In this document: positions 56,697 through 64,000 of the stretch, one piece after another | Numbering within the stretch: position 1 is the first letter of the stretch | Layout of the letters: each line of letters begins with the position of its first letter | From: a virus | Lineage: Duplodnaviria; Caudoviricetes | Direction: 5' to 3' (one strand) | Length of the DNA stretch: 64,000 nt | Virus record (IMG/VR): IMGVR_UViG_3300032167_000048 | Notes under the pieces: generated by a model | Seen by the model: the letters and a program-made list of their open reading frames with translations, nothing else | What the model was told of the DNA's origin: nothing | Databases searched by the model: none | Translations under genes and position numbers: made by a program

Positions 56697-57329
56697 TTAT
56701 TTTAATGTTTTATAATATTTATCGAAATCAAATTCAAGATATTTCTTAGAACTTAATAAATCACAAGAATGCACAAACCATTCTAAGTTCTTAGATGGTT
56801 TTGGCAATACAACTCCTTTTGCATATGGAGCGGTGTTATATTTCCCCATATGAGATTTGATACACATAACAGTTAAAGGAACAGCCTTTCTCATATAATC
56901 CATATCATTGTCCGACAGTTTATTGTTCTTAAAATATTCTGTTACTGTTGATACAAATAAATTGCCAGCAACTAAAGGATGGTCAAAACGTGTGCTATGT
57001 TTTGGTGTGTCATCTGGTTTGCAACAATCATGTAAAATTAAAGATGCGTAAACAATATCTTCATAAATATCACTATAATCATCTCTATTTAATAATCCTT
57101 TTAATACATCTGATTCAATCATTGACCAAGCAATTCCGACTGTTGCTTTTACGTGTCTTACAAGCCCTCCATCTCCTAAAGAATATGACGGATGATATCT
57201 TCCAGATGATGACGCTGGAATTGTCTGAATGCACTCTGGGCTTGCATTTAATGTGTTTGCTACAACATTTCTCATATGTTCGTTTTTAATAAGATTTAAT
57301 TCTTTTTCAAATAATTCTGATGTCTTCAT
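56697..57329 (-). CDS. HD-domain phosphohydrolase
   Basis: PASSSGRYHP, GGLVRH, LHD, HMG and H..D motifs. Confidence 0.8.
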   Translation of the reverse strand: MKTSELFEKELNLIKNEHMRNVVANTLNASPECIQTIPASSSGRYHPSYSLGDGGLVRHVKATVGIAWSMIESDVLKGLLNRDDYSDIYEDIVYASLILHDCCKPDDTPKHSTRFDHPLVAGNLFVSTVTEYFKNNKLSDNDMDYMRKAVPLTVMCIKSHMGKYNTAPYAKGVVLPKPSKNLEWFVHSCDLLSSKKYLEFDFDKYYKTLK

Positions 57330-57389
57330 TTCTCACCTCTAATGTTATAGGGCATGTATTTTACACGCCCTATAATTTTATTGCTTATA

Positions 57390-58151
57390 TTAATTTACTT
57401 TGTATACGTCTGCATGTCTTGAGCCAAACTGCAATGCTTCGCTATGACTGTTAAAATAAATGTCTACATGACCATACGGAGTTCCTCTGTCCTCAACTGT
57501 ATACACATGTCCATTAATTAAAAGTTTTGTGCCAAAGGCAACACCGCCCATAGCAACTGTTCTTCCAGCTGATGGCATAGTGCCACTTGCTGTTGCGCCA
57601 CCAGCCCATTTTCCACAACATTTAGAGCAGTTGCAATATGCTGTTAATCTAAAGTTGCCTAAGTATTCGCTTGCTTTTTCTTCTGCTGCTTTAATTTTTT
57701 CATTTTTTGTTTCTTCGTCCATTAAGTATTCGTTCCAAAGATAGAAGTGACTATATCTTCCATTTTCATTTAATACTGAAATTTTTGTCCAACCATTATA
57801 ATCAGACATTGCTGTTACTTCTGTATATGGCTTTAACACTTTTGTAACGTTTGAAGTGATATTTGGAAATGGTCTCATATTTAAATATGTTGTAGTATAT
57901 AAAGTTTTGTATTCATCATATTCATTACTGAAAAGCATATCTAAATATTCGTCTGTAATATCTAATGGAATAGCCATTTTCCAATTCTTTACTTCTGTTG
58001 CTTCAATAATTTTTTCTACTTCTGGTTTTTTAGTTTCATTTGTTTTTGTTTCGCTTGTTTTTGTGCTACTCTGTGTTTCTGCTTTCGTTGAACAGCAAGG
58101 AATTACCATCAACGAAAGAGCCATAAACAAAATCAATAAACCTTTTTTCAT
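57390..58151 (-). CDS. secreted SH3 + 3D-domain cell-wall hydrolase
   Basis: Signal peptide, LNMR SH3, TAY..TASG..VEDRG..HVDIY 3D motif. Confidence 0.8.
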   Translation of the reverse strand: MKKGLLILFMALSLMVIPCCSTKAETQSSTKTSETKTNETKKPEVEKIIEATEVKNWKMAIPLDITDEYLDMLFSNEYDEYKTLYTTTYLNMRPFPNITSNVTKVLKPYTEVTAMSDYNGWTKISVLNENGRYSHFYLWNEYLMDEETKNEKIKAAEEKASEYLGNFRLTAYCNCSKCCGKWAGGATASGTMPSAGRTVAMGGVAFGTKLLINGHVYTVEDRGTPYGHVDIYFNSHSEALQFGSRHADVYKVN

Positions 58152-58163
58152 TTTATATTCTCC

Positions 58164-58748
58164 TTATTCTCCCCAGCACTCGGCACGATGTTCGCAATCG
58201 TCACAGTCTAAATCTGTGTCAAGACATTCATCAATTTCATCGCACTCATCACATTCATCACAATATTCACAACAATCATAACATCCGTTACAGTCGCATT
58301 CTTCTTCATATAATTCACTCTGAAGTTTATATCCTTCAAGCTCCCAAATTTTATCAATAATTTTATCCACGCAGATTTCAAATCCCATTTCTTCATCATA
58401 ATTATCTGGGCTTACGCATGCAGATGATTCTACAATAACAAATCCGTTTGGAAGTTCGCATGTTACAATAGTACACTTATCATAAATTGTCTGAATTTCA
58501 ATATTTGATTTTGCAACAATACGTTTAATCATTTCTTCTGTTACTGTTGGAGCTGCTTTTGGTTCTACATATTTTTCAAAATATTCATTATATTCATCTG
58601 TGCTCATTACTCCTTTGTGCATCATGTGTTCACCAAATGCAAATGAAATAATACCACCATCAACACCAATTACTTCTGCGATGTCTCCTTTTTTTAAGAA
58701 GCTTGTTACATCTTTTGTTACGATTAATTTGTCTCCTTTAGCTAACAT
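58164..58748 (-). CDS. phage Gp49-like protein with acidic Cys-rich tail
   Basis: L.NGF...ESSACVSP.NYD..IWELEGY motif; C-terminal C..C repeats. Confidence 0.7.
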   Translation of the reverse strand: MLAKGDKLIVTKDVTSFLKKGDIAEVIGVDGGIISFAFGEHMMHKGVMSTDEYNEYFEKYVEPKAAPTVTEEMIKRIVAKSNIEIQTIYDKCTIVTCELPNGFVIVESSACVSPDNYDEEMGFEICVDKIIDKIWELEGYKLQSELYEEECDCNGCYDCCEYCDECDECDEIDECLDTDLDCDDCEHRAECWGE

Positions 58749-58751
58749 AAT

Positions 58752-59915
58752 TTAGCCCTCACTTTCTTTTCTTTCATTTTTAATTTTATTTGACCACCAA
58801 ACATTCCATTTTTCTACAATCTCTTTCTGTTCTTTTGTAAGAGGATGATTGTATCTCTGTAATGCTTGGACAATCTTATCGTTTCTAACCTCAATTGTTA
58901 CGAGGCTTTCGCTTGGTGCGTCTTTATATCTTAAGAATAAAATATGACACTGACCATCAATAACTCTTTGGATATATGATGCTACACAGTTGTTCTGAGC
59001 AACGGCTTCATCTTTGATATCCTGAGTACAATTTGGATAAAAGAATCTATACTCTCCAAACGTTTTCTCCATATCTTTATTAATTCTATCTTTGAATTTT
59101 TCTTCTTTAAACTGCTGTTTTAATCTATCATAGTTTCTACAAGCAATCTGATGTGTTGTAAGAAAATGTCTAGGGTATTTATCAAATTTATCACTAATTT
59201 GTTTCATCATAGATGCATAATCATAAATTTCACCCAATGCGCTACTTGGAATAATGGCTTCAAATGTCATCAAATAATCAAGATAATTCATTAATCCTTT
59301 TACTGTATATCCATATTCTGAAATAAGCTTATTAAATGTTGAAACACTAACCCAGTTATAATCCCATGTTCTTTCTCCGTAATATTTTTTTACAGATTTT
59401 GTATTATGTAATATGCTATTAATTTCATCATCTGTTAATGACATATATTCAAGCTTATACGCAAGTTGATATCCGTCTGGATTTTCTTTATAATTTTTTA
59501 AAAAGCTATCTGATAATTTAATACTATGTGTTTTACATAATTTAATTAATGCTTTTGGAATGTCATTGATTGTATATGAGAAATTACGAGTATTAATAAT
59601 ATCTTCAATTCCAGCAGAAAAAATCTGTTCGTATTTTGCATAACGTGGAATCTTATCTAAAATTGTTCCAACGTTATTAATGTCATGAAATCTGCTTGAA
59701 TATGTTCTTTTAACAAATGAAAGAAACTTTGCATACTTCTCATCTTCACAACAATTAATAACATCATCCATTGTCAACCCTCTTAACTGAGAGCACAAAT
59801 TAGTTACTGGTTTACCTTTTTTTCCAATACATTCTTTTGTAGCGAAATTATATTTTACTGTCTTGCCATCTTCAAAATCAAAAATTAAAAACTGTCTTTC
59901 TTTATAAACTTTCAT
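58752..59915 (-). CDS. PcfJ-like domain protein
   Basis: E...NNCVASY, ILFLR and TIEV....Q motifs. Confidence 0.7.
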   Translation of the reverse strand: MKVYKERQFLIFDFEDGKTVKYNFATKECIGKKGKPVTNLCSQLRGLTMDDVINCCEDEKYAKFLSFVKRTYSSRFHDINNVGTILDKIPRYAKYEQIFSAGIEDIINTRNFSYTINDIPKALIKLCKTHSIKLSDSFLKNYKENPDGYQLAYKLEYMSLTDDEINSILHNTKSVKKYYGERTWDYNWVSVSTFNKLISEYGYTVKGLMNYLDYLMTFEAIIPSSALGEIYDYASMMKQISDKFDKYPRHFLTTHQIACRNYDRLKQQFKEEKFKDRINKDMEKTFGEYRFFYPNCTQDIKDEAVAQNNCVASYIQRVIDGQCHILFLRYKDAPSESLVTIEVRNDKIVQALQRYNHPLTKEQKEIVEKWNVWWSNKIKNERKESEG

Positions 59916-59960
59916 ACTTCTTTTTCATTCATTATTTAAAACCTTGTTAATAAGTTACAA

Positions 59961-60039
59961 TTGCAAGATAAGGATTTGAACCTTAGTTTAATCTTAGCTT
60001 TGCTATAAGATTCGTGTTATCCATTTACACTATCTTGCA
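59961..60039 (-). ncRNA. tRNA-like element with an elongated, anticodon-less arm
   Basis: Acceptor TGCAAGA/TCTTGCA, D arm GTGT/ACAC, T arm TAAGG-TTCAAAT-CCTTA; anticodon arm is 23 nt instead of 17. Confidence 0.65.
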
Positions 60040-60046
60040 TTAATAT

Positions 60047-60448
60047 GTTATTCGCTATTTACCAGCCTTGCAGATGCTTATAGTCATGTACAACTAAACT
60101 AAACTGTATATCAAGGATTTTGTAAATCTTTATAACTTTACTATTTATTCTTTTAACTTTGACTCATGAAATAAACTTTGAATTTTTAACTTTATTATTT
60201 GAGTTTTACAACTTTAAACTTTACAGTCCCACTATGTAAATATTTATCAATATTTGGCTATAAGTTTAACACACTTACCCATTTTGATAAACAATCAAAT
60301 AAAAAGATTTCCAATCTTTTCCTCTGTTGTTTTTCTAAATCTCAGCTTTTAAGAAGAAGAGGTGTTTCTTTATTGTTTTACATAAGTCTAAGCACCCCTA
60401 AAAGACTTATGAGTTGTAGTCTAAAGTTTTCAATAAACAGCGAATAAC
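60047..60448 (-). ncRNA. candidate ~400-nt structured ncRNA with AAAG heptamer array
   Basis: 17-bp terminal stem whose 3 G-U pairs work only on the minus strand, internal hairpins, 12 AAA(G)NNN units, no credible ORF. Confidence 0.6.
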
Positions 60449-60484
60449 CAATTTATATTAACTACATAAGTAGCTTTCTACTAT

Positions 60485-61141
60485 TTAGTAGTTAACTTCA
60501 ATTTCTGTAATTGCATTAGATACTGAAAGCGCAGCGTCTACTTCTGCCTTGAATGTGTTAATATGTTCTTCTAATGCGTTAATCTTATCCAGAATCTTGA
60601 TAGGGTCTACAAGTTCGTATGTATTTGCTTTAATGAACTGCATTCTAGCCTTTTCATATTCTTCTGTATTCACCTTGCCCTCTTTAGAACCAAATGCACC
60701 AATTACATACTGTTCTGCTCTTTTTTCAAGTTCAGAGCCGTTTTCTCTAAGGATTTCAGCCTGAGCTCTGTTATACTGTTTCTGTAATTCAAGGAGCATG
60801 TGTTCATCAAAAGTAACACCATGATTTTTCATTTCAATAGCTTCTGCCACTGTGTATTCAATACCATTAATTTTTACTTTTGTTACTGCGTTTGACAATA
60901 CAACAGCTTTTTTAATAGCGTTTCTTCTCTTAATCAAATCAGATGCCTTGTCGTAGTTTCCCTGCATAACAGTTTTATATTCTTCAACTGACACGCCTTT
61001 GATTTTATCGTTTGAATGTTTATTTGCTACACAAAATGAACCATTCATAATAGAAGAAAGAATTCTATTATCTAAAAGCTTTAATTCTGCTAATGCTTTA
61101 TGAATTGTCATCTTTTCATTTGTTGCCATGATTTTCACCAT
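60485..61141 (-). CDS. 218-aa helical protein linked to the downstream ncRNA
   Basis: MTIHKALAELKLLDNRI..YTVAEAI..VDAALSVSNA.T.I helical-hairpin pattern. Resemblance to DIP1984/DUF6847-type proteins is tentative recall only. Confidence 0.7.
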   Translation of the reverse strand: MVKIMATNEKMTIHKALAELKLLDNRILSSIMNGSFCVANKHSNDKIKGVSVEEYKTVMQGNYDKASDLIKRRNAIKKAVVLSNAVTKVKINGIEYTVAEAIEMKNHGVTFDEHMLLELQKQYNRAQAEILRENGSELEKRAEQYVIGAFGSKEGKVNTEEYEKARMQFIKANTYELVDPIKILDKINALEEHINTFKAEVDAALSVSNAITEIEVNY

Positions 61142-61215
61142 TTTAACCTTTCTTTTAAACTTTGAATCTTTTAAACTTTATTACACCAACGTTTTATAGG
61201 CTAGACATTGGTAAA

Positions 61216-61285
61216 CAAGAACGGTGGGAGTCGAACCCACGTCTACGACTTAAAGTCATTGCTCTACCTACTGAGCTACATTCCC
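61216..61285 (-). tRNA. atypical tRNA/pseudo-tRNA with shortened anticodon arm (UUA if read as a 4-bp stem + 7-nt loop)
   Basis: GGGAATG-TA-GCTC-AGTAGGTA-GAGC-A-ATGACTTTAAGTCGT-AGAC-GTGGG-TTCGACT-CCCAC-CGTTCTT-G, 70 nt. Confidence 0.6.
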
Positions 61286-61358
61286 GATTGTGTAGGGACT
61301 TCCTACACAGCACCTAAAAAGGAAAGGAGGATTATTTAAAAAAGATTTTCTACAACGA

Positions 61359-61431
61359 CTGCCCCTACTGGATTCGAACCAGTGTAATGCAGGAGTCAAA
61401 GTCCTGTGCCTTACCGCTTGGCGAAGGAGCA
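61359..61431 (-). tRNA. tRNA-Gln(UUG)
   Basis: Canonical cloverleaf; anticodon arm CAGGA-CTTTGAC-TCCTG; no encoded CCA. Confidence 0.92.
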
Positions 61432-61436
61432 ATAAG

Positions 61437-61525
61437 TACACCCTCCCAGATTCGAACTGGGCTTATACCTTGCTAGGGCTTACGACTTATAAGGTCGTGG
61501 CTCTCACCTAATGAGCTAAGGGTGC
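61437..61525 (-). tRNA. tRNA-Ile(UAU) with long variable region
   Basis: Acceptor GCACCCT/AGGGTGT, anticodon arm ACGAC-CTTATAA-GTCGT, 20-nt variable region, T arm CCCAG-TTCGAAT-CTGGG, discriminator A. Confidence 0.8.
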
Positions 61526-61624
61526 TGAAAGGAGTGCCGCCTTTAACGGCTTATTCATTTTAGAATAAGGTTGAGTTCCACTGCTTTATGACAAAAAACA
61601 AAGAATCCAGAGATTCGAAATTGG

Positions 61625-61768
61625 CTATTTATCATTGATTGCAGATTTTGCTCTCTGCTTTTCTCCCTCAATTTCATTACTGAGTTTTCTCATAATTGAA
61701 GTCCATCTTGCATAAGCTGTATGCTTTCCTCTTTTACTGTTTACATTTGAATTCTGATTAAGATTCAT
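61625..61768 (-). CDS. 47-aa basic protein, first gene after the tandem promoters (not in ORF track)
   Basis: MNLNQNSNVNSKRGKHTAYARWTSIMRKLSNEIEGEKQRAKSAINDK; AAGGAG SD. Confidence 0.6.
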   Translation of the reverse strand: MNLNQNSNVNSKRGKHTAYARWTSIMRKLSNEIEGEKQRAKSAINDK

Positions 61769-61799
61769 ATTGTTCTCCTTATAACCTTATTTTTTATTT

Positions 61800-61944
61800 G
61801 CTTCATTTGATATATTTAGTATATCATATTTAAAGCAGTTTGTCAAGTAGTTTTTTGAACTTTTTATTTTTTTATTTCTATTTGTTCGCTTCACTTGATA
61901 TATTAACTATATCATATTTACCATTATTTGTCAAGTAGTTTTTT
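61800..61944 (-). promoter_or_regulatory. two duplicated strong sigma-A promoters driving the tRNA/ncRNA operon
   Basis: TTGACA-17-TATACT (61818-46) and TTGACA-17-TATAGT (61906-34), both with an extended TG and identical AAAAAACTAC upstream; 88-bp period. Confidence 0.8.
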
Positions 61945-61951
61945 AGACTTT

Positions 61952-62407
61952 TTACATTTCTTCAATGTTTTTATATTCTGACAGATTGTGGAAGTAATTA
62001 ACCTTATCATCTAATTCGTATACTACTTTTCTTAATTCGGCTTCTTTTTTCTTGCTATCAGTTCTTGTATACTTCTTCCACATCTTATCTCTTTCTTTGT
62101 GTAATTCAACGTATTTCTCGGTCACATCTTCTTCGCCAATGACGTTAATTACAATTGGTTCTCCACAGAATGGACAATGAGTTAACTTATAATAAGTTTC
62201 TTCTTCATATTCATCTCCCCAGTCATAAAATGATTCTGTGAATCTTATAGAAATTGATGGAGTAATTGTATCTTCGCATTCATCTGTGTATTCGCAAACC
62301 AAATTAATTATAGGATTGTTTTTTAGTTTTTCACAACACCATTCAAATGGCTTATATTTATAACCATCATAACAATCAAATGTCTGTCTGATTAATTCTA
62401 TATTCAT
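61952..62407 (-). CDS. hypothetical protein with CC...CPFCG zinc motif
   Basis: WCCE...HCPFCG. Confidence 0.6.
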   Translation of the reverse strand: MNIELIRQTFDCYDGYKYKPFEWCCEKLKNNPIINLVCEYTDECEDTITPSISIRFTESFYDWGDEYEEETYYKLTHCPFCGEPIVINVIGEEDVTEKYVELHKERDKMWKKYTRTDSKKKEAELRKVVYELDDKVNYFHNLSEYKNIEEM

Positions 62408-62432
62408 ATACTTCCCTTTCGTTTATGTATGC

Positions 62433-62470
62433 ATTATAGCATATAACATTATTGATTGTAAGTACTTTTT
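62433..62470 (-). promoter_or_regulatory. sigma-A-type promoter
   Basis: TTACAA-17-TATAAT with extended TG and the same AAAAAAGTAC upstream motif as the thyX promoter. Confidence 0.6.
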
Positions 62471-62479
62471 TGGGAAAAA

Positions 62480-63148
62480 TTATAAATTATCCTTAAGATA
62501 ATTTAAATATTCATCCCAGAAGCCTTTTACATAAATGTACTCTTTGCTTTGTCTAGCCAGCTTCATTTTCTTCATATCATCTTTTATATTAAAGGATTCA
62601 GATTGCTTCTTGCCTCTCTTGCAAAGACTTTTTGACATGATATCGTCTAAGAAATCATTCGTAACTCTTGAGATGGAAAGTAGCTCGCCTTTAGGCACAT
62701 CCTTGGTAATTTCTTTATATAGTGCGATTTTCTCGGCTGGTATTTCCACATTTGACTTTGGAAGATTACGGCTTGAAAATGGTGAGATACTAGCTCCACT
62801 TGTACGTGCTTTTAATAATTCTGCTACAATTTCAATGTCAGCAGCTTTAAATTTGAATTCTACTTCTTCGTCATTTTCAATATGGTCAACATATTCAATA
62901 CCACTTTCTTTAACTGCTTTAATAATATTATGACCACGTCCAATTGATGGTATATATGCAACCAACCACACTGGTCTCTTATTATCAATATGACCATATG
63001 TGTAAATTCTATTTCCATTTTGACACGAAATATAAACATCTATATCTTCAATGTTCCCATCTGCGTCCCTAGGAAAATCATTTGTGTCTTGGTCTAATTC
63101 ACATAGTAGTCTATATTGTCCTTTGTATCTCATCAAATAATTTGCCAT
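62480..63148 (-). CDS. hypothetical phage protein
   Basis: 222-aa ORF with GGAG SD; no recognised family. Confidence 0.65.
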   Translation of the reverse strand: MANYLMRYKGQYRLLCELDQDTNDFPRDADGNIEDIDVYISCQNGNRIYTYGHIDNKRPVWLVAYIPSIGRGHNIIKAVKESGIEYVDHIENDEEVEFKFKAADIEIVAELLKARTSGASISPFSSRNLPKSNVEIPAEKIALYKEITKDVPKGELLSISRVTNDFLDDIMSKSLCKRGKKQSESFNIKDDMKKMKLARQSKEYIYVKGFWDEYLNYLKDNL

Positions 63149-63150
63149 AA

Positions 63151-63423
63151 CTAATACTCCTTACCTTTAAACAACTCTCTGGCTAAAACAGTTCCACATT
63201 CAATAGTTTCAATATCAAAATCTACTGGCATAATTGCACATTCATGCATTACAACAATTGGAACTTTCATTGTTTCAGCCACTCGACCCTCTTTACCTAA
63301 TTCACTCATAGAATAATTAATAAACATTTCCATGAAATTTTGTGCTTCTTGTTGAGATTCAAACAAGATAATTCTGCCTTTATTATGAAAATAAAGACCG
63401 CTCTTATGCATGATTATAAACAT
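63151..63423 (-). CDS. hypothetical protein
   Basis: ORF with GGTGG SD. Confidence 0.55.
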   Translation of the reverse strand: MFIIMHKSGLYFHNKGRIILFESQQEAQNFMEMFINYSMSELGKEGRVAETMKVPIVVMHECAIMPVDFDIETIECGTVLARELFKGKEY

Positions 63424-63467
63424 ATTTCATTCACCACCTAATAAAATTGGGATTTTAAGTGCTATTT

Positions 63468-63516
63468 TGCACTATATATAGTGCATTAGAAAATGCTAAC
63501 ACACTATATATAGTAG
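63468..63516. promoter_or_regulatory. tandem NrdR-box-like palindromes
   Basis: TGCACTATATATAGTGCA and ACACTATATATAGTAG with centres 32 bp apart; matches the acaCwAtATaTwGtg consensus. Confidence 0.7.
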
Positions 63517-63524
63517 TTAAAAAA

Positions 63525-63764
63525 TTACATGTCTGCCAATCTGTCATTCATAGAATCAATTTTTAATTTGTCTGAATGAGTCATGCCATGTTTACAATTG
63601 AAATCAGTCTTGCCAGCACATAACGGACAAGAGCAATGAACTTTGTTCTTAGAGTATTGATGCAGATTATCATATAATGACGCTCCATGATTATGCTCTG
63701 CGATATTCTTTTTTCTGATTGCCTTGTTATAATCGTTTTTTCTTCTCTCTGCTCTTGTTTTCAT
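63525..63764 (-). CDS. small basic protein with HCSCPLC motif
   Basis: Start MKTRAERR after a GAGG SD. Confidence 0.6.
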   Translation of the reverse strand: MKTRAERRKNDYNKAIRKKNIAEHNHGASLYDNLHQYSKNKVHCSCPLCAGKTDFNCKHGMTHSDKLKIDSMNDRLADM

Positions 63765-63783
63765 AATTGTACCTCTTATAATT

Positions 63784-64000
63784 TTATTTATTTGTACTAC
63801 CGAATCCACCAACTCTTACATTGTCTGTATTACCATTATCAGCAACTAAGAAGTTAAAGAATGCTCCCTGAGCAACTCTATCTCCTTTATTAATTGTTAA
63901 TACATCATTACTAATGTTTTTTAAGAAGATGCCAATGTTGCCATCATTTCCATCATTAGAGTAATAATCCGAATCAATCCATCCAGAAGTGTTGGCTAAC
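63784..64000 (-). CDS. dut: dUTPase (3' part; not in ORF track)
   Basis: LANTSGWIDSDYY...GDRVAQ...RVGGFGST, trimeric dUTPase motifs III-V. Confidence 0.9.
   Translation of the reverse strand, partial: LANTSGWIDSDYYSNDGNDGNIGIFLKNISNDVLTINKGDRVAQGAFFNFLVADNGNTDNVRVGGFGSTNK

Noticed and set aside
60199-60447. 82-aa plus-strand ORF from the track
   Set aside because: Antisense to the operon, TTG start with no SD, and overlaps the candidate ncRNA; probably spurious.
61216-61285. Genome-wide stop-codon recoding suggested by the UUA-loop tRNA
   Set aside because: Long genes are uninterrupted in code 11 and mostly end in TAA.

Overview
AT-rich (roughly 30% GC by eye) 64 kb piece of a large temperate siphovirus with SPbeta-like organisation, probably infecting a Bacillota/Clostridia host. 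1-51.8 kb (+ strand) is the late operon. It holds the tail tube, a RecU-like resolvase, a tyrosine recombinase inside the tail module, a 3634-aa tape measure protein, Dit and Tal, holins, a two-catalytic-domain endolysin and about 20 baseplate/fibre/adhesin genes (CotH-like, LRR, esterase, YadA-like SHAEG repeats, GT2, InlB-B-type repeats). 52.2-53.8 kb is a large serine recombinase with an attP-like inverted repeat inside its own 3' end and a small divergent ORF that may be its directionality factor. 53.9-64 kb (- strand) carries early/nucleotide-metabolism genes (cytidylyltransferase, gmk, thyX, HD, 3D-domain hydrolase, PcfJ-like, dut) and a tRNA cluster. The best candidate for an undescribed system is at 59.96-61.29 kb: a 218-aa helical protein gene followed by a ~400-nt non-coding region closed by a 17-bp stem and carrying 12 AAAG-type heptamer repeats. 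The same repeats occur over the gene's own RBS, and two tRNA-like elements with aberrant anticodon arms bracket the cassette. Other highlights: an L27-type Prp protease motif inside the tape measure protein, a tRNA-Ile(UAU) with a long variable arm, tandem NrdR boxes in front of hypothetical genes, and shared terminal motifs among the fibre proteins. All protein family calls come from motif recognition, not database searches.
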